A stretch of DNA of 64,000 nt. Origin: Squalus acanthias (taxonomy: Eukaryota). Where the stretch lies: positions 84,508,001-84,572,000 of the forward strand of contig CM059432.1 in NCBI GenBank assembly GCA_030390025.1. Direction: 5' to 3'. Shown here in pieces: positions 10,785 through 21,598 of the stretch (the first letter of the stretch is position 1; every line of letters begins with the position of its first letter). The notes below the pieces were generated by a model, which was not told where the DNA came from, made no database searches, and saw only the letters and a list, made by a program, of their open reading frames with translations. The position numbers were made by a program, and so were the translations under genes.

Positions 10785-13340
10785 CAAGAGAAATGTCCTG
10801 CAGTCAGAGTTTAAGGAGCTAGGGAGGAAGTTAAAAAGCAGGCCCTCAAAGGTAATAATCTCTGGATTACTCTCAGTGCCATGCGTTAGTGAGCGTAGAA
10901 ATAGGAGGATATGGCAGGTTAATGCGTGGCTAGAGACATGGCGCAGGAGGGAGGGCTTCAGATTCCTGGGACGTGGGACCAGTTCTGTAGCAGGAGAGAC
11001 CTGTTCAAGATGGACGGTTGCACCTGAACAGAGGCTGGGACCAATATCCTCATGGGCAGGTTAACTAGTGCGGTGGGGGTGGGTTGAAACTATTTCGGCA
11101 GGGGGTTGGGTACCAGGATGTAATATTAAAAAGTAGAAACAAGGTGCACAGAGGACTGGGAGAGACAGAGTTAAAAATAATACAGAATTAGGTGGGATCA
11201 TAGAAAATACAAAAAGGTCTAAGTTAGGTTTTGAGTGCATGTGTGCATGTCAGTAAGGCTGGTGAGCTGCAGGCGCAAATAGTCACATGGGAATATGATG
11301 TAGTGGCTCAAAAAAGGGGAGGATTGGATGCTTAATATTTCTACGTGCAAGCTATTCAGGAAAGATAGGGAGGGAAAAAAGGAGGGGTAGCAGTTTTGAT
11401 TCAGGAAAATATTACAGTGCTGGAAAGAGAGAATGTCCTCGAGGGATCAAAGACAGAATCTATTTGGTTGGAGTTGAGAAACATTAAAGGAGTTGTTGCA
11501 CTACTTGGTGTATTTTATAGGCCACCAAATAGTGGGAAGGAGATAGAGGAGCAGATTTACAAAGAACTTACTGAGAGGTGCAAGAACTATAGAGTAGTGA
11601 TAAAGGGAGACTTTAACTACCCCAATATTGAATGGGACAATGATTGTGTTAAGGGCAGAGAAGGGGAGGAATCTCTGAAGTGTGTTCAGGAGAATTTTCT
11701 TAATCAGTATGCTTCCTGCCTTATGAGAAACGAGGCAATGCTGGATCTAGTCCTGGGGAATGAAGTGGGTCAAGTAGAGAATGTCACAGTGGGGGAGCAT
11801 CTCGGGAATAGTGACATAGCATCATAGGTTTAGATTATTTATGGAGAAGGACAAGGAGCAATCTAGAATAAAAATACTTAACTGGAGGAGGGCTAATTTC
11901 AACAAATTGAGGAGGGATCTGGCCCGGGTAAACTGGGAAATGTAATGGAGCAACAGGTGGCCTTTAAGAGGAGATGGTTCGGGTACAGTCTAGGTACATT
12001 CCCACAAGGGGGAAAGGGAGGGCGACCAAAGCCAGAGCTCCCTGGATGACGAAGGAGTTAGAGAGTAGGATAAAGCAGAAAAATATCAGCTTGCTAATAC
12101 AAGGGAGAATCAGGCTGAATATAAAACGTACAGAGGAGAAGTGAAAAAGGAAATAAGAGGGGCAAAGAGACAGTACAAGAATAGATTGGCAGCTAACATA
12201 AAGGAGAATCCAAAGGTCTTCTATAGGCATATTAACAGTAAAAGGTTTGTCAGAGGAGCAGTGGGGCTGACGTCAGCGAGTGACGTTTCATCTGTCAAGA
12301 GCTTTTGACAGATGAAATGTCAGCGTTTGACGGCTCTGTGAAGCTCTGTATACAGTAGAGTTCTCCAAGGTTCAGTACTAGGACCATTGATGTTTTTGAT
12401 ATACATTAATGACTTGGACTTGGGGTACAGGGCACAATTTGGAAATTTGAAGATAACACAAAACTTGGAAGTGTAATAGACTTCAAGAGGACATAGACAG
12501 GCTGGTGAAGTGGGCGGACACATAGCAGATGAAATTCAATGCAGAAAAATGTGAGGTAATACATTTTGGTAGGAAGAATGAGTGGAGACAATACATGCTA
12601 AATGCTTCAATTTTAAAGGGGGTGCAGGAAGAGAGAGTCTTGGGGGTGCTTGTGCACAAATCTTTGAAGGTGGCAGGACAGGTTAACAAAGCAGTTAATA
12701 AAGCATATGGGATCCTGTGCTTTATAAATAGAGACACAGAGTACAAAAGCCAGGAAGTTATGCTAAACATTTATAAAACACTAGTTCGGCCCCAGCTGGA
12801 GTATTGTGTCCAATTCTGGGCACCACACTTTAGGAAGGGCGTGAAGGCTTTGGCGAGGGTACAGAAGAGATTTACTAGAATGGTTCCAGGGATGAGGGAA
12901 TATAGTTACGTGGATTGGAGAAGCTGGGGTTGTTCTCCTTAGAACAGAGAAGGCTAAAAGGAGATTTGAAAGAGGTATTTAAAATCATGAAGGGTTTAGA
13001 TAGAGTAAATAAAGAGAAACTGTTTCCAATGGCTGAAGGGTCGATAACCAGAGGGCACAGATTTAATGTGATTGATAAAAGAACCAGAGGCGACATGAGG
13101 AAAAACGTTTTTACGCAACGAGTGTTAAGGATTTGGAATGCACTGCCTGATAGGGTGGTGGATACAGATTCAATAGTAGCCTTCAAAAGTGAATTGCAAA
13201 AATACTTGAAGGAGAAAAAAGTTGCGGGAATATGGGAAAGAGTGGGGAGTGGGACTAACTGGATTGCTCTTCGAAAGAGCCAGCGCAGACTTGCTAGGCC
13301 AAATGGCCTCCTTCTGTGCTGTAATATTCTATGATTCTAT
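10785..13340 (+). mobile_element. Degenerate CR1 LINE (ORF1 esterase tail, APE endonuclease, internal deletion, RT C-terminus)
   Basis: KVIISGLLSVP..NAWL, GVFYRPPNS, GDFNYPNI, HLGNSD, KCEVIHFG, LVRPQLEYCVQFW, ending in a (ttctatga) tail. Confidence 0.92.
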
Positions 13341-15560
13341 GGGCTACAAATTCGGGTGTTTTACACCACACATTACCAGCAAAATGTTGCGAAAACACGA
13401 CAGCTGCCACTCTTTCGTCAGCTGGTGGCAGGTCCTGCGGCATCCACCATTTTCCGAGGGCCAGCAGCGCTACCGATAAAAGTGATGGCCATGGAAATTT
13501 AAATTCGGGAGAGGGTGACGTCATTTGACATGCAACGCTGACTTAATGTCACCTTGGCAAACTTGGACCTGAGCGTTGAGTTCAGCGCTGGGTCCTAAGC
13601 TCGCCAGGAAAACCCAGCATTCAGCAAACTTACACAGGCGCTGTCAGCACCTCTTAAAGGGACACACACATCTTTCAGGTGAGTTTGCATTTAAGCTTTT
13701 GGACTGGATTTTTTTTATTTTATTGAAGTAGTGACTTGATGCAACACATGTTAAAAGTTTTTTAAGTGTACAGCGAGTGCTGCTGGACACTTGCAAGGCC
13801 TCGATGGTAAAGGAAGGCCTCTGAGAAGACGAAAATGCTGCAAATACTCAGCAGGTCAGGCAACGGAGTTCACGTCTCAGGTAGAGATGCTGCCTGACCT
13901 CCTGAGTATTTCCAGTATTTTCTGCTTTTATTTCAGATTTGCAACATCCATTCGCAGAAGAAAGAGGAAGACGCAGAAGAAGAAGACGCAGAAAAGGAAG
14001 AAGTCGAAGAGGAGGAAGCAGAAGGAAGGATGAAACCCAGACAGCCCCTTTCTGGCCGGGATATCCGGGATCGAATCATCCGCCTGCGGTACCACAACCC
14101 CAATTCCCCTTTCAACATTTGTCCCACAACCTACCTTCCCTCTGTTATTGACCATTACAGCGTCCTCTTGGCCACGATGCTGAAATAAAAGCCACCACAA
14201 AGCAAACTTTCCAATCCAACTTTATACATCTATCCATCCAGTATGAGATCAAGAAATCAACTCATCACCCTTATGCATTCCCTTAGTGGCTGTACTGTGT
14301 GTGCCTTTTCCCATCTGACTGATGTCACACAGTGCTACTCCAGTGGTTGCAGCATGGCTGGTGGAAGGCTGCTGACTTTCAGTGGGAGACACTGCAAATG
14401 GCCCTGCTGGTCGACCTTGTGGAGCTGGTGGCTGGGAGTGTCAAATCAAGTGATGGTGTTTCTTCTTCTTCTTCTTCTTCACTCTCCTCTCCTTCTTCTT
14501 GGTCAACCATTGGCTGGGCAGGCTGCATTTCTTGGGTGTGTGAAATGAGGAAGGCAGGAGGGTGGAGTTGTGATGGGGGGATGGTGGGAAAGCAAGAGGT
14601 GCATGTGAGAAGGAGGATAACATATGAGGATACCCGCATCTTATATCCTTTCAGCCCCGCCACTGGCCAAGGGCTCAGCCATGCCCCTGCCAAGAGTGGC
14701 CAGCACCGTCTCCTCCAAGGGGGTGAGGTGAAGCTAGGAATGGGAGGTGTGCCTTGTGATTGGTACAGAGTTTTGGTCGGTGAGTGATTGGGGGCGGGGA
14801 GCCATGCATTGAGGCTAGTGATGCAGTTGGTAGGAGACGGCTTTTAAAGATGCATTCACTGACCTTGACCAGTGGTCTGAGGTCATGAAGCTTCTTTGAG
14901 CACTGGAGCCAGGTGGTGGGGGTGACACTGCTGGCAGTGACAGCCTCGGTGATCTGGTCCCACATCGTTCTTTCTGGAGGGCCTCCTGGCCCCTGTGGGT
15001 AGAGGACCTCACTTGCAGTGTTGACCCCCTGCACAAAGCTGGAGTGCTGCGTGCGAGACCCTGGGTGCCCCTTCCCTGGCTTGCTGAGCCATTTGTGTTT
15101 GTGCTGAAGTGCGGAAGGGAATTCAGTTTTCAGAGCTGAAGACTCCCATTTGTGAATTTGTTTTCAAATAATATATTTTTTTTTAAAGGCAGTAGAGCTG
15201 TAAGGGCTGAAATATGCAGGTTTTTTTCATTTTTATTTTCACCAGTTCAGAAGGCATTGCCCTTTTAAGCTTACGATGATGCATTGCCCTTTTATTATCC
15301 CACAATGCGTAGCAAAATCATAGCCTCACTTCCAGAGGTTGTTGGAAGATGCAACGCTGCTTCTGGATGCCACATTCAGGACTGATGCCGGGACTAACAT
15401 CACCAGGAGGGTGTTACACAGTCAGTTTAGCACTGGGCTAATAATCTTTAGTCCCCAGCGCAAATTTTTCACTCCAACCAGCACCACTATTTTCGGTGGC
15501 CGTTAACCTGCGGCCGCGGTGACCCCAGCAACTTTCATGTCACAATCGAATTTCTAGGCC
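13341..15560. mobile_element. Internally deleted Harbinger transposon (convergent transposase tail and Myb remnants)
   Basis: TIRs gggctacaaattcg / cgaatttctaggcc with TAT TSD. The minus strand reads MWDQITEAVTASSVTPTTWLQCSKKLHDLRPLVK|gtcagt. The plus strand carries an acidic transposase-like tail ending SGRDIRDRIIRLRY. Confidence 0.85.
13831..13950. repeat. Small inverted-repeat insertion, probably PLE-derived
   Basis: gaaaatgctgcaaatactcagcaggtcaggca (13831-13862) pairs with tgcctgacctcctgagtatttccagtattttc (13891-13922). Confidence 0.55.
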
Positions 15561-15837
15561 TATGATTCTATTCCACTAAAAGCCAAAAACAAGCAAGCTA
15601 ATTATGGGGAACCGTGGATAAATAAAGAACTAAAGGAAAAATTGTATCTAAAGAAAAAGACATACAAGAAATAATTAGATACTGAAGGAGAGGAGGTCAA
15701 AAGGGAATACAAAACTTTGGAGAGAAGTTAAAAAAAAACATCAGGAAGGCAAAGAGAAATTACAAAATTAAATTATCAAGGCATATAAAAAGAAATAATA
15801 AAGTGTTCTATAGACACATGAATAACAAAAGGAAGGG

Positions 15838-16138
15838 CCGATAACGAGAGGACACAGATTTAAGGTGATTGGCTAAAGAACCAGAGGCGACATGAGGAAA
15901 ACCTTTTTTACGCAACGAGTGGTTAGGATTTGGAATGCACTGCCTGATAGGGTGGTGGAGGCAGACTCAATAGTAGCCATCAAAAGGAAATTAGATAAAT
16001 ACTTGAAGGAGAAAAAATTGCAAGGATATGGGGAAAGAGCCGGGGAGTGAGACTAACTGGATTTCTCTTCGAAGGAGCCAGCACAGACTCAATGGGCCAA
16101 ATGGCCTCCTTCTGTGCTGTATTATTCTATGATCCTAT
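15838..16138 (+). mobile_element. CR1 3' stub
   Basis: Closely matches 13042-13340. Its tail continues at 17031 after the MITE. Confidence 0.85.
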
Positions 16139-17030
16139 GGGGGAAAAATTCAGTATCGCCCCATTTGGGGCGCAATTATCGGCCGGGCGCAAAGATTAGC
16201 GCCTGGCGCTAATTATCGCCTCCGACTGCAAACTTGGCTTTTATCGCCCCTGAAAGTGATTGGAGCGCTAAATCAGGCACTTCACACCTGTCTTAAGGCG
16301 CAAAGGCCGAGGAGTGAGGCGCTAACTCAGAGCGCTGGCGAAGCTCATGTGATGTCAGTCAGCAATGGAACACAGACACAATGGCACCGGCCAGTTCTTA
16401 AAGGGGAGGGTTGATCTTGCTCTCCATCCACATCCTGCTCATTGCAGCCTTGAATCTCGGCCTGGAGAGACCTGTACATCAAATTTGCTGGAAAGAACAA
16501 TGGAGAGGACCAGAGAAAGAGCTCAGACTGCAGCCCCCACAGTCTCTTCTAAATCGATACAAGGAAGGGCAAATCAAAATGAACCTGCAAAGTGCTGCTC
16601 AGTACCCAATACTCCTTCACACAGCGTTGAATCTCACCAGAAGTCTCTCTCTCTTTCTCAGAATGCGTGGTGCAAAAATGTCACCAACAAAAAAAGGCAG
16701 GAAGCGTTCGCCTTTAAATAGCGCTCCCCCAGTCCCTTCCTGACTGCAAAACGCTCCCCTCAACCTGTCGTTGCTAGCGGCAGGCGGTAAGGCAGGGGGC
16801 GCCACTCAATATCTGCTCCGGGGCGCTACCGGGGCGTTGCGCACTCGACTGACGTCACGATCTGCCGGCGCAGGAGATCATGGCGGTAGTGTTTAGCGCT
16901 GCCGCAAAATGTCTAGTTAATTTCATGAGCGCCGCAAACATCGCCACGCATGGGTGCTAGTTGCTTTGCGCCCAATTAGTGCCCTCTTAAGGTGCTAACG
17001 GGAGGCGCAAACCAACTGAATTTTTCCCCC
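16139..17030 (+). mobile_element. Harbinger-type MITE family D, copy 1 (892 bp)
   Basis: TIR gggggaaaaattcag / ctgaatttttccccc with TAT TSD. Homologous to 49457-50349 and 59109-60001. Confidence 0.9.
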
Positions 17031-17147
17031 TATGATTCTATGATCAGGCCACTAAAGCATGAGCAATATAAACTCACAGGTAATGTCAGAGAAATGGCAA
17101 AAGTATTGAATAACTACTTTGCCTCGGTTTTTACTAAGAAAGATAAT

Positions 17148-17868
17148 GGACAAGATTTTGCAGTCAGTGGTGAAGGAATGGCACTCGCCATTCATCTCAC
17201 TGACAGCTGCCCACAAAGATTTGACCGGCTTTAGAGTGGAGACTTGCTGACATCGGGCGCTTGTTCCAGCATGGGGCCCTCTACAGGGGATCTGTGGTGT
17301 GTGTGAGTAGGTCAAGACACAGCGAGGCTCTTCAACCAATCAAATTGAAGAACCCCCACTGCGTCACGCAGAGTCCAAACCAAGAGGTATAAAGCAGGAA
17401 ATATAAATTAGATTTAAATGATGTACAGAAAACAAAATAAAGATTAGGAAGTACAGATGGTATTAAGGGAGAGGGATAAAAGACACAGACAGAAAAAGTA
17501 AAAAAAATGAATTTTTAAATCACCAACACTAATTTTCTTCACACTTGTAAAGTTAAATTTTCAGGGCCAGAGAGGTTGTTCAGCAGTAATTATCACTTAT
17601 CACGCCATTAAAAACTCACTTACTCCTGAATGCAACAGCCCTAACATTTTCGGCCATTTTTAGTGGGGGACTAGTGGGCAAGTACAGCAAGTTCACACCG
17701 TTGCAGTCATTTCAATGCCAAGTCTATCGGCGAGGACTGCAATAGCACACCCTATGCAGGAGCAGAGTATCTCTGACAGCAACTTTTGGATTTCCGCGAT
17801 TAAGTGCACATGTGCGGACACCTGAAGTTGCTGTCTGACTTATCCCATAATAACGGTGAGCGCTGATA
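17148..17868 (+). mobile_element. Harbinger-like non-autonomous element related to family B
   Basis: Starts ggacaagattttgcagtcagtgg and shares ttttcagggccaga and tttccgcg..gaagttg blocks with 6195-7080. Confidence 0.55.
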
Positions 17869-19526
17869 GACACTTGATATAAGTAAAGGATGAACTTAAA
17901 AAGAATATTAATACAGTTGGGATAGAAAAGGAGAAAATAAATGACAAACTAGCAAAACTAAAAAAGAATAAAACCCTAGGTCTGGATGGTATGCATCCAT
18001 GCATAATCAAGGAAACTAGGAAGGAAATGGCAGAGTCACTAGGTTATATATACAAAAGTTCCACAGAAGAGGGGGTAATGTCAGAGGACTGGCAGACAGG
18101 TAATGTTGTTTCTATATACAGAAAGTGAAATAGAACAAAACCTGGGAACTATAGACCAGTCAACTTAACGTCAATGATAGGAAAGATACTGGAATCTATA
18201 CTGAAAGAAGTGACAGAAGAGCATCTAGAGGCAGAAAATATAATAAAAAATAGTCAGCATAGATTCCGAAAGGCTTAACTAACCTGATAGAATTCTTTGA
18301 AGAGGTAATAGAAAGAGTAGACACGGGTAATGCAGTAGATGTCATATACTTGGATTTTCAAAAGACCTTCAATAAGGTACCACACAGTAGGCTCATGTCA
18401 AAGATTATGGCATGTGGAGTCAGGGTACAAAAAGCTGAATGGATGGCAAATTGGCTAAAAAATAGAGAGCAGAGAGTAGGGTTAAAGCTACCACAGGAAG
18501 TGATTGAGGCAAATATCTTAGATGCTACAGATTGGAGGAAGGTAGAAAGCAGTGTTCCACAAGGATCAGTGCTGGGACCACAGTTACTTACATTAATAAT
18601 TTGGACTTAGGAACAAGTAACTCAATACCAAAATTTGCAGAGGATACAAAACTGGGGGTATAGCTAACACTGAGGAAGAATGCAACATAACACGAGAAGA
18701 CATTAGAAAACTTGCAGACTGGGCAGTTAAGTGCCAAATGAACTTTAACATAGATAAATGCGAGGTGATTCACTTTGGTAGTAAAAATAGAAGCATCACC
18801 TACACCTTAGAAAATAAGAAACTAAATGGGGTGGAAGAGCAAAGGGATCTAGGGATACAGGTGAACAAATCATTAAAACCAGTATCACAGGTCAGCAAAT
18901 CAATTAAAAATGCTAACAAAACACTGGGATTTATTTCTAAGGGTATAGAATTCAAAAGTAGTGAAGTTATGTTAAACTTGTATAGGACCTTGGTCAGGCT
19001 GCACTTAGAGTACTGTACACAGTCTGCTCTCCATACCATAAAAAAGGACATAGAAGCACTGGAGAAAGTGCAAAAAAGATTTATAAGAATAGCATCAGAA
19101 CTGAGAGATTACAGCTATTGTGAAAGATTGGGGTATTCTTCTTTAGAAAAGAGAAGGCTTAGAGGAGACCTGATCGAAGTCTTTAAAATTATGAATGGGT
19201 TGGACAGGGTAGATGTGGAGAGAATGTTTTCACTTGTGGGAGAATCCAAAACCACAGGCCGTAAATACAAGATAGTTGCTAAAAAATCCAATAGGGAAAT
19301 AAGGAACAATTACTTTACTCAGAGAGTGGTTAGAATCTGGAACTCGCTACACCAGGAAGTGATTGAGGCAAATAGCTTAGATGATTTCAAAAGGAAACTA
19401 GATGAGTATATGCTGAAAGGTTGAGATGAGGTAGATGGAACGGGAGGAGACTCGTGTGGAGTATAAACACCAGCACAGACTAGTTGGGCTGAATGCCTGT
19501 TTTTGTGCTGTATATTCGATGTAATT

Positions 19527-19609
19527 TTTTCTTGTCTTTTAATACTCCTGTGAAGCGCCTTGGGACGTTTTACTACGTTAAATGCGCTATATAAATACAA
19601 GTTGTTGTT
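19527..19609 (+). mobile_element. L2 3' stub inserted in a CR1 tail
   Basis: gtgaagcgccttgggacgttttactac..gcgctatataaatacaagttgttgtt, with a 9-bp TSD gatgtaatt. Confidence 0.85.
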
Positions 19610-20165
19610 GATGTAATTCTATGAATTGTAGCTGTAACATATGCCTCACTTCCTCCAGCAGAGCTCCTATGCCCCTATAAGAGAAACGAGATACTTTCTG
19701 CCCTGCTGCAATCTTTCCAGTCATGATTTTTGGTTACAAGCTTGATGTCTGTCTGCCCTTTTAAGCTGCAGGGCTTTAAATCCTGCAGCAACATGCAATT
19801 TTTTGCCCACCTATGGGTGAGCTCCAAATCACCAGAAGTTTCCATACCTGGAGAGTATCCACAGTATTAAAATCCACTTACGTCCACTTGGAAAATCTAC
19901 ACAACTATCTCTCTACCTAAACTGAGAACAGCAGTAAAATTAAAAAATCAAGATACAGCAAAAACAGTCTGAAAATGCTCATAGCAATCTTTAGGCAAGG
20001 CTCATTAAATCTACTTTCTTATATGTCTATGCCTGGCAATCCTGGATGACCACTTTCAATGGGCAATATGACTCAGTATTATATGTGCAGGAATGTTGAA
20101 AAGTTCCATTGTGGCAATTTAATTTCAATATCACAGGAGCTTTTCAGCATTCCTGTAGACATAAT

Positions 20166-20856
20166 GGCCCGGAATTTGCAGTCCGGATGACGACGAACTG
20201 GCAGCGTTTGCCGTCATTCCGCCTTTGAAACTGACCGCAACTTCGGGATTTGGTGCAACACTGGCTGGGCTGTGCACCCGCCCTCCCAACCCCCACAAGG
20301 CCGGCAATCAGTGGAATCTCTCTCATCAGGGAAACTGACGAAAGCTTTGGCTCTTCCACAGTAATTACGCTGTTAAATTCCTCACTATAAGTTAGACCCA
20401 AAGGGATTAGGTGTAACTGGGGTTTTAATAGCGTTCTGACTGCTAAAGAAAGGTTATGGGCCTGAAAAACTAATTTTAATTTTGTGCAGCGTCAAGTTTA
20501 GCCATTTTAATAAAAATAATAATTTTTAAGAACATTTTAAAAATTATTTTTTTAAAAGTTTCTTCATCTTTATTTCAGGTTTGCCTTTCCCATGGGGGAG
20601 CCCCAATCTTTGTTTTACTTTGTTTGTCATTTATAAAATGTTAGAATTTTAACAGCTTACCCACTTCCTTGTTCGCTGTATGTGAGAATTCTGCGTTTTG
20701 ATTGGTTGCTTAGACACCTTGTTGACATCACAGCAGCTCACACTATGGGATTCCCAATATACTCCATTGATTTGAATTACGCGTTGGAAAACCCAAACCT
20801 CTCAACACAAAGATCGCGAATGCCTTTGTTTCGCTGCTGACCGCAAATTCTGGGCC
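20166..20856 (-). mobile_element. Harbinger-type MITE family B (691 bp)
   Basis: TIR ggcccggaatttgc / gcaaattctgggcc with AAT TSD. Confidence 0.85.
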
Positions 20857-21094
20857 AATACTGAGTCAAATTGCCCATTAATTTTGCACGTTACACACAT
20901 TTCTCTATAACCTGCATTCAGAAATGTGTGTAACATGCAAAATGAATGGGGATGCAGCATTACTGATCTCTGCCCCATTTTCCAAACAGTAAAACCCACT
21001 TTATGGGAAATTTTAACTCCAGGGAGGGAAGCTGGCTTGGAGAGCATGTGTGCCGCCTGTTAGCTTCAGTGGGAGGCCTGGCTGATTTTAAGCA

Positions 21095-21297
21095 TGATGC
21101 GGAGATGCCGGTGTTGGACTGGGGTGGACAAAATTGAGAGGTCGCACAACACCAGGTTATAGTCCAACAGTTTTATTTGAAATCACAAGCTTTCGGAGCT
21201 ATCGCTCCTTCCTTCACCTGAGGAAGGAGCGATAGCTCCGAAAGCTTGTGATTTCAAATAAAACTGTTGGACTATAACCTGGTGTTGTGCGACCTCT
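21095..21297. mobile_element. PLE terminal insertion with inverted pLTR and hammerhead motif
   Basis: 12-bp TSD tgattttaagca (21083-21094 and 21298-21309). Perfect 77-bp arms at 21137-21213 and 21221-21297. Confidence 0.85.
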
Positions 21298-21598
21298 TGA
21301 TTTTAAGCAGGCAGGCCTCATTTACATTCTGCCGGCCATCTGGCCACCTGAAATAAGCAAATAAAAGCAGCTGGCCGACTGCTGGCGGTTTTGTAAAAAA
21401 AAAAATTATTCATTTTATGGGATGTGGGCGTCGCTGGCAAGGCCAGCATTTATTGCCCATCCCTAATTGCCCTTGAGAAGCTGCTGGTGAGCTGCCTTCT
21501 TGAACCGCTGCAGTCCGTGTGGTGGAGGTACTCCCACAGTGCTGTTAGGGAGGGAGTTCCAGGATTTTGACCCAGCGACGATGAAGGATCACGATATA

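Larger units (their letters stand above)
15573..19526 (+). mobile_element. A-rich CR1 LINE subfamily (ORF2), interrupted by a CR1 stub and two MITEs
   Basis: LNNYFASVFT, DFQKTFNKVPH, VPQGSVLGP, KCEVIHFG, TQRVVRIWNSL. Segments are 15573-15836, 17043-17147 and 17869-19526. Confidence 0.9.

Noticed and set aside
19640..19790. Minus-strand AG..GT segment
   Set aside because: There are stops in all frames from the acceptor, and SRFSYRGIGALLEEV is a Harbinger Myb N-terminal remnant.
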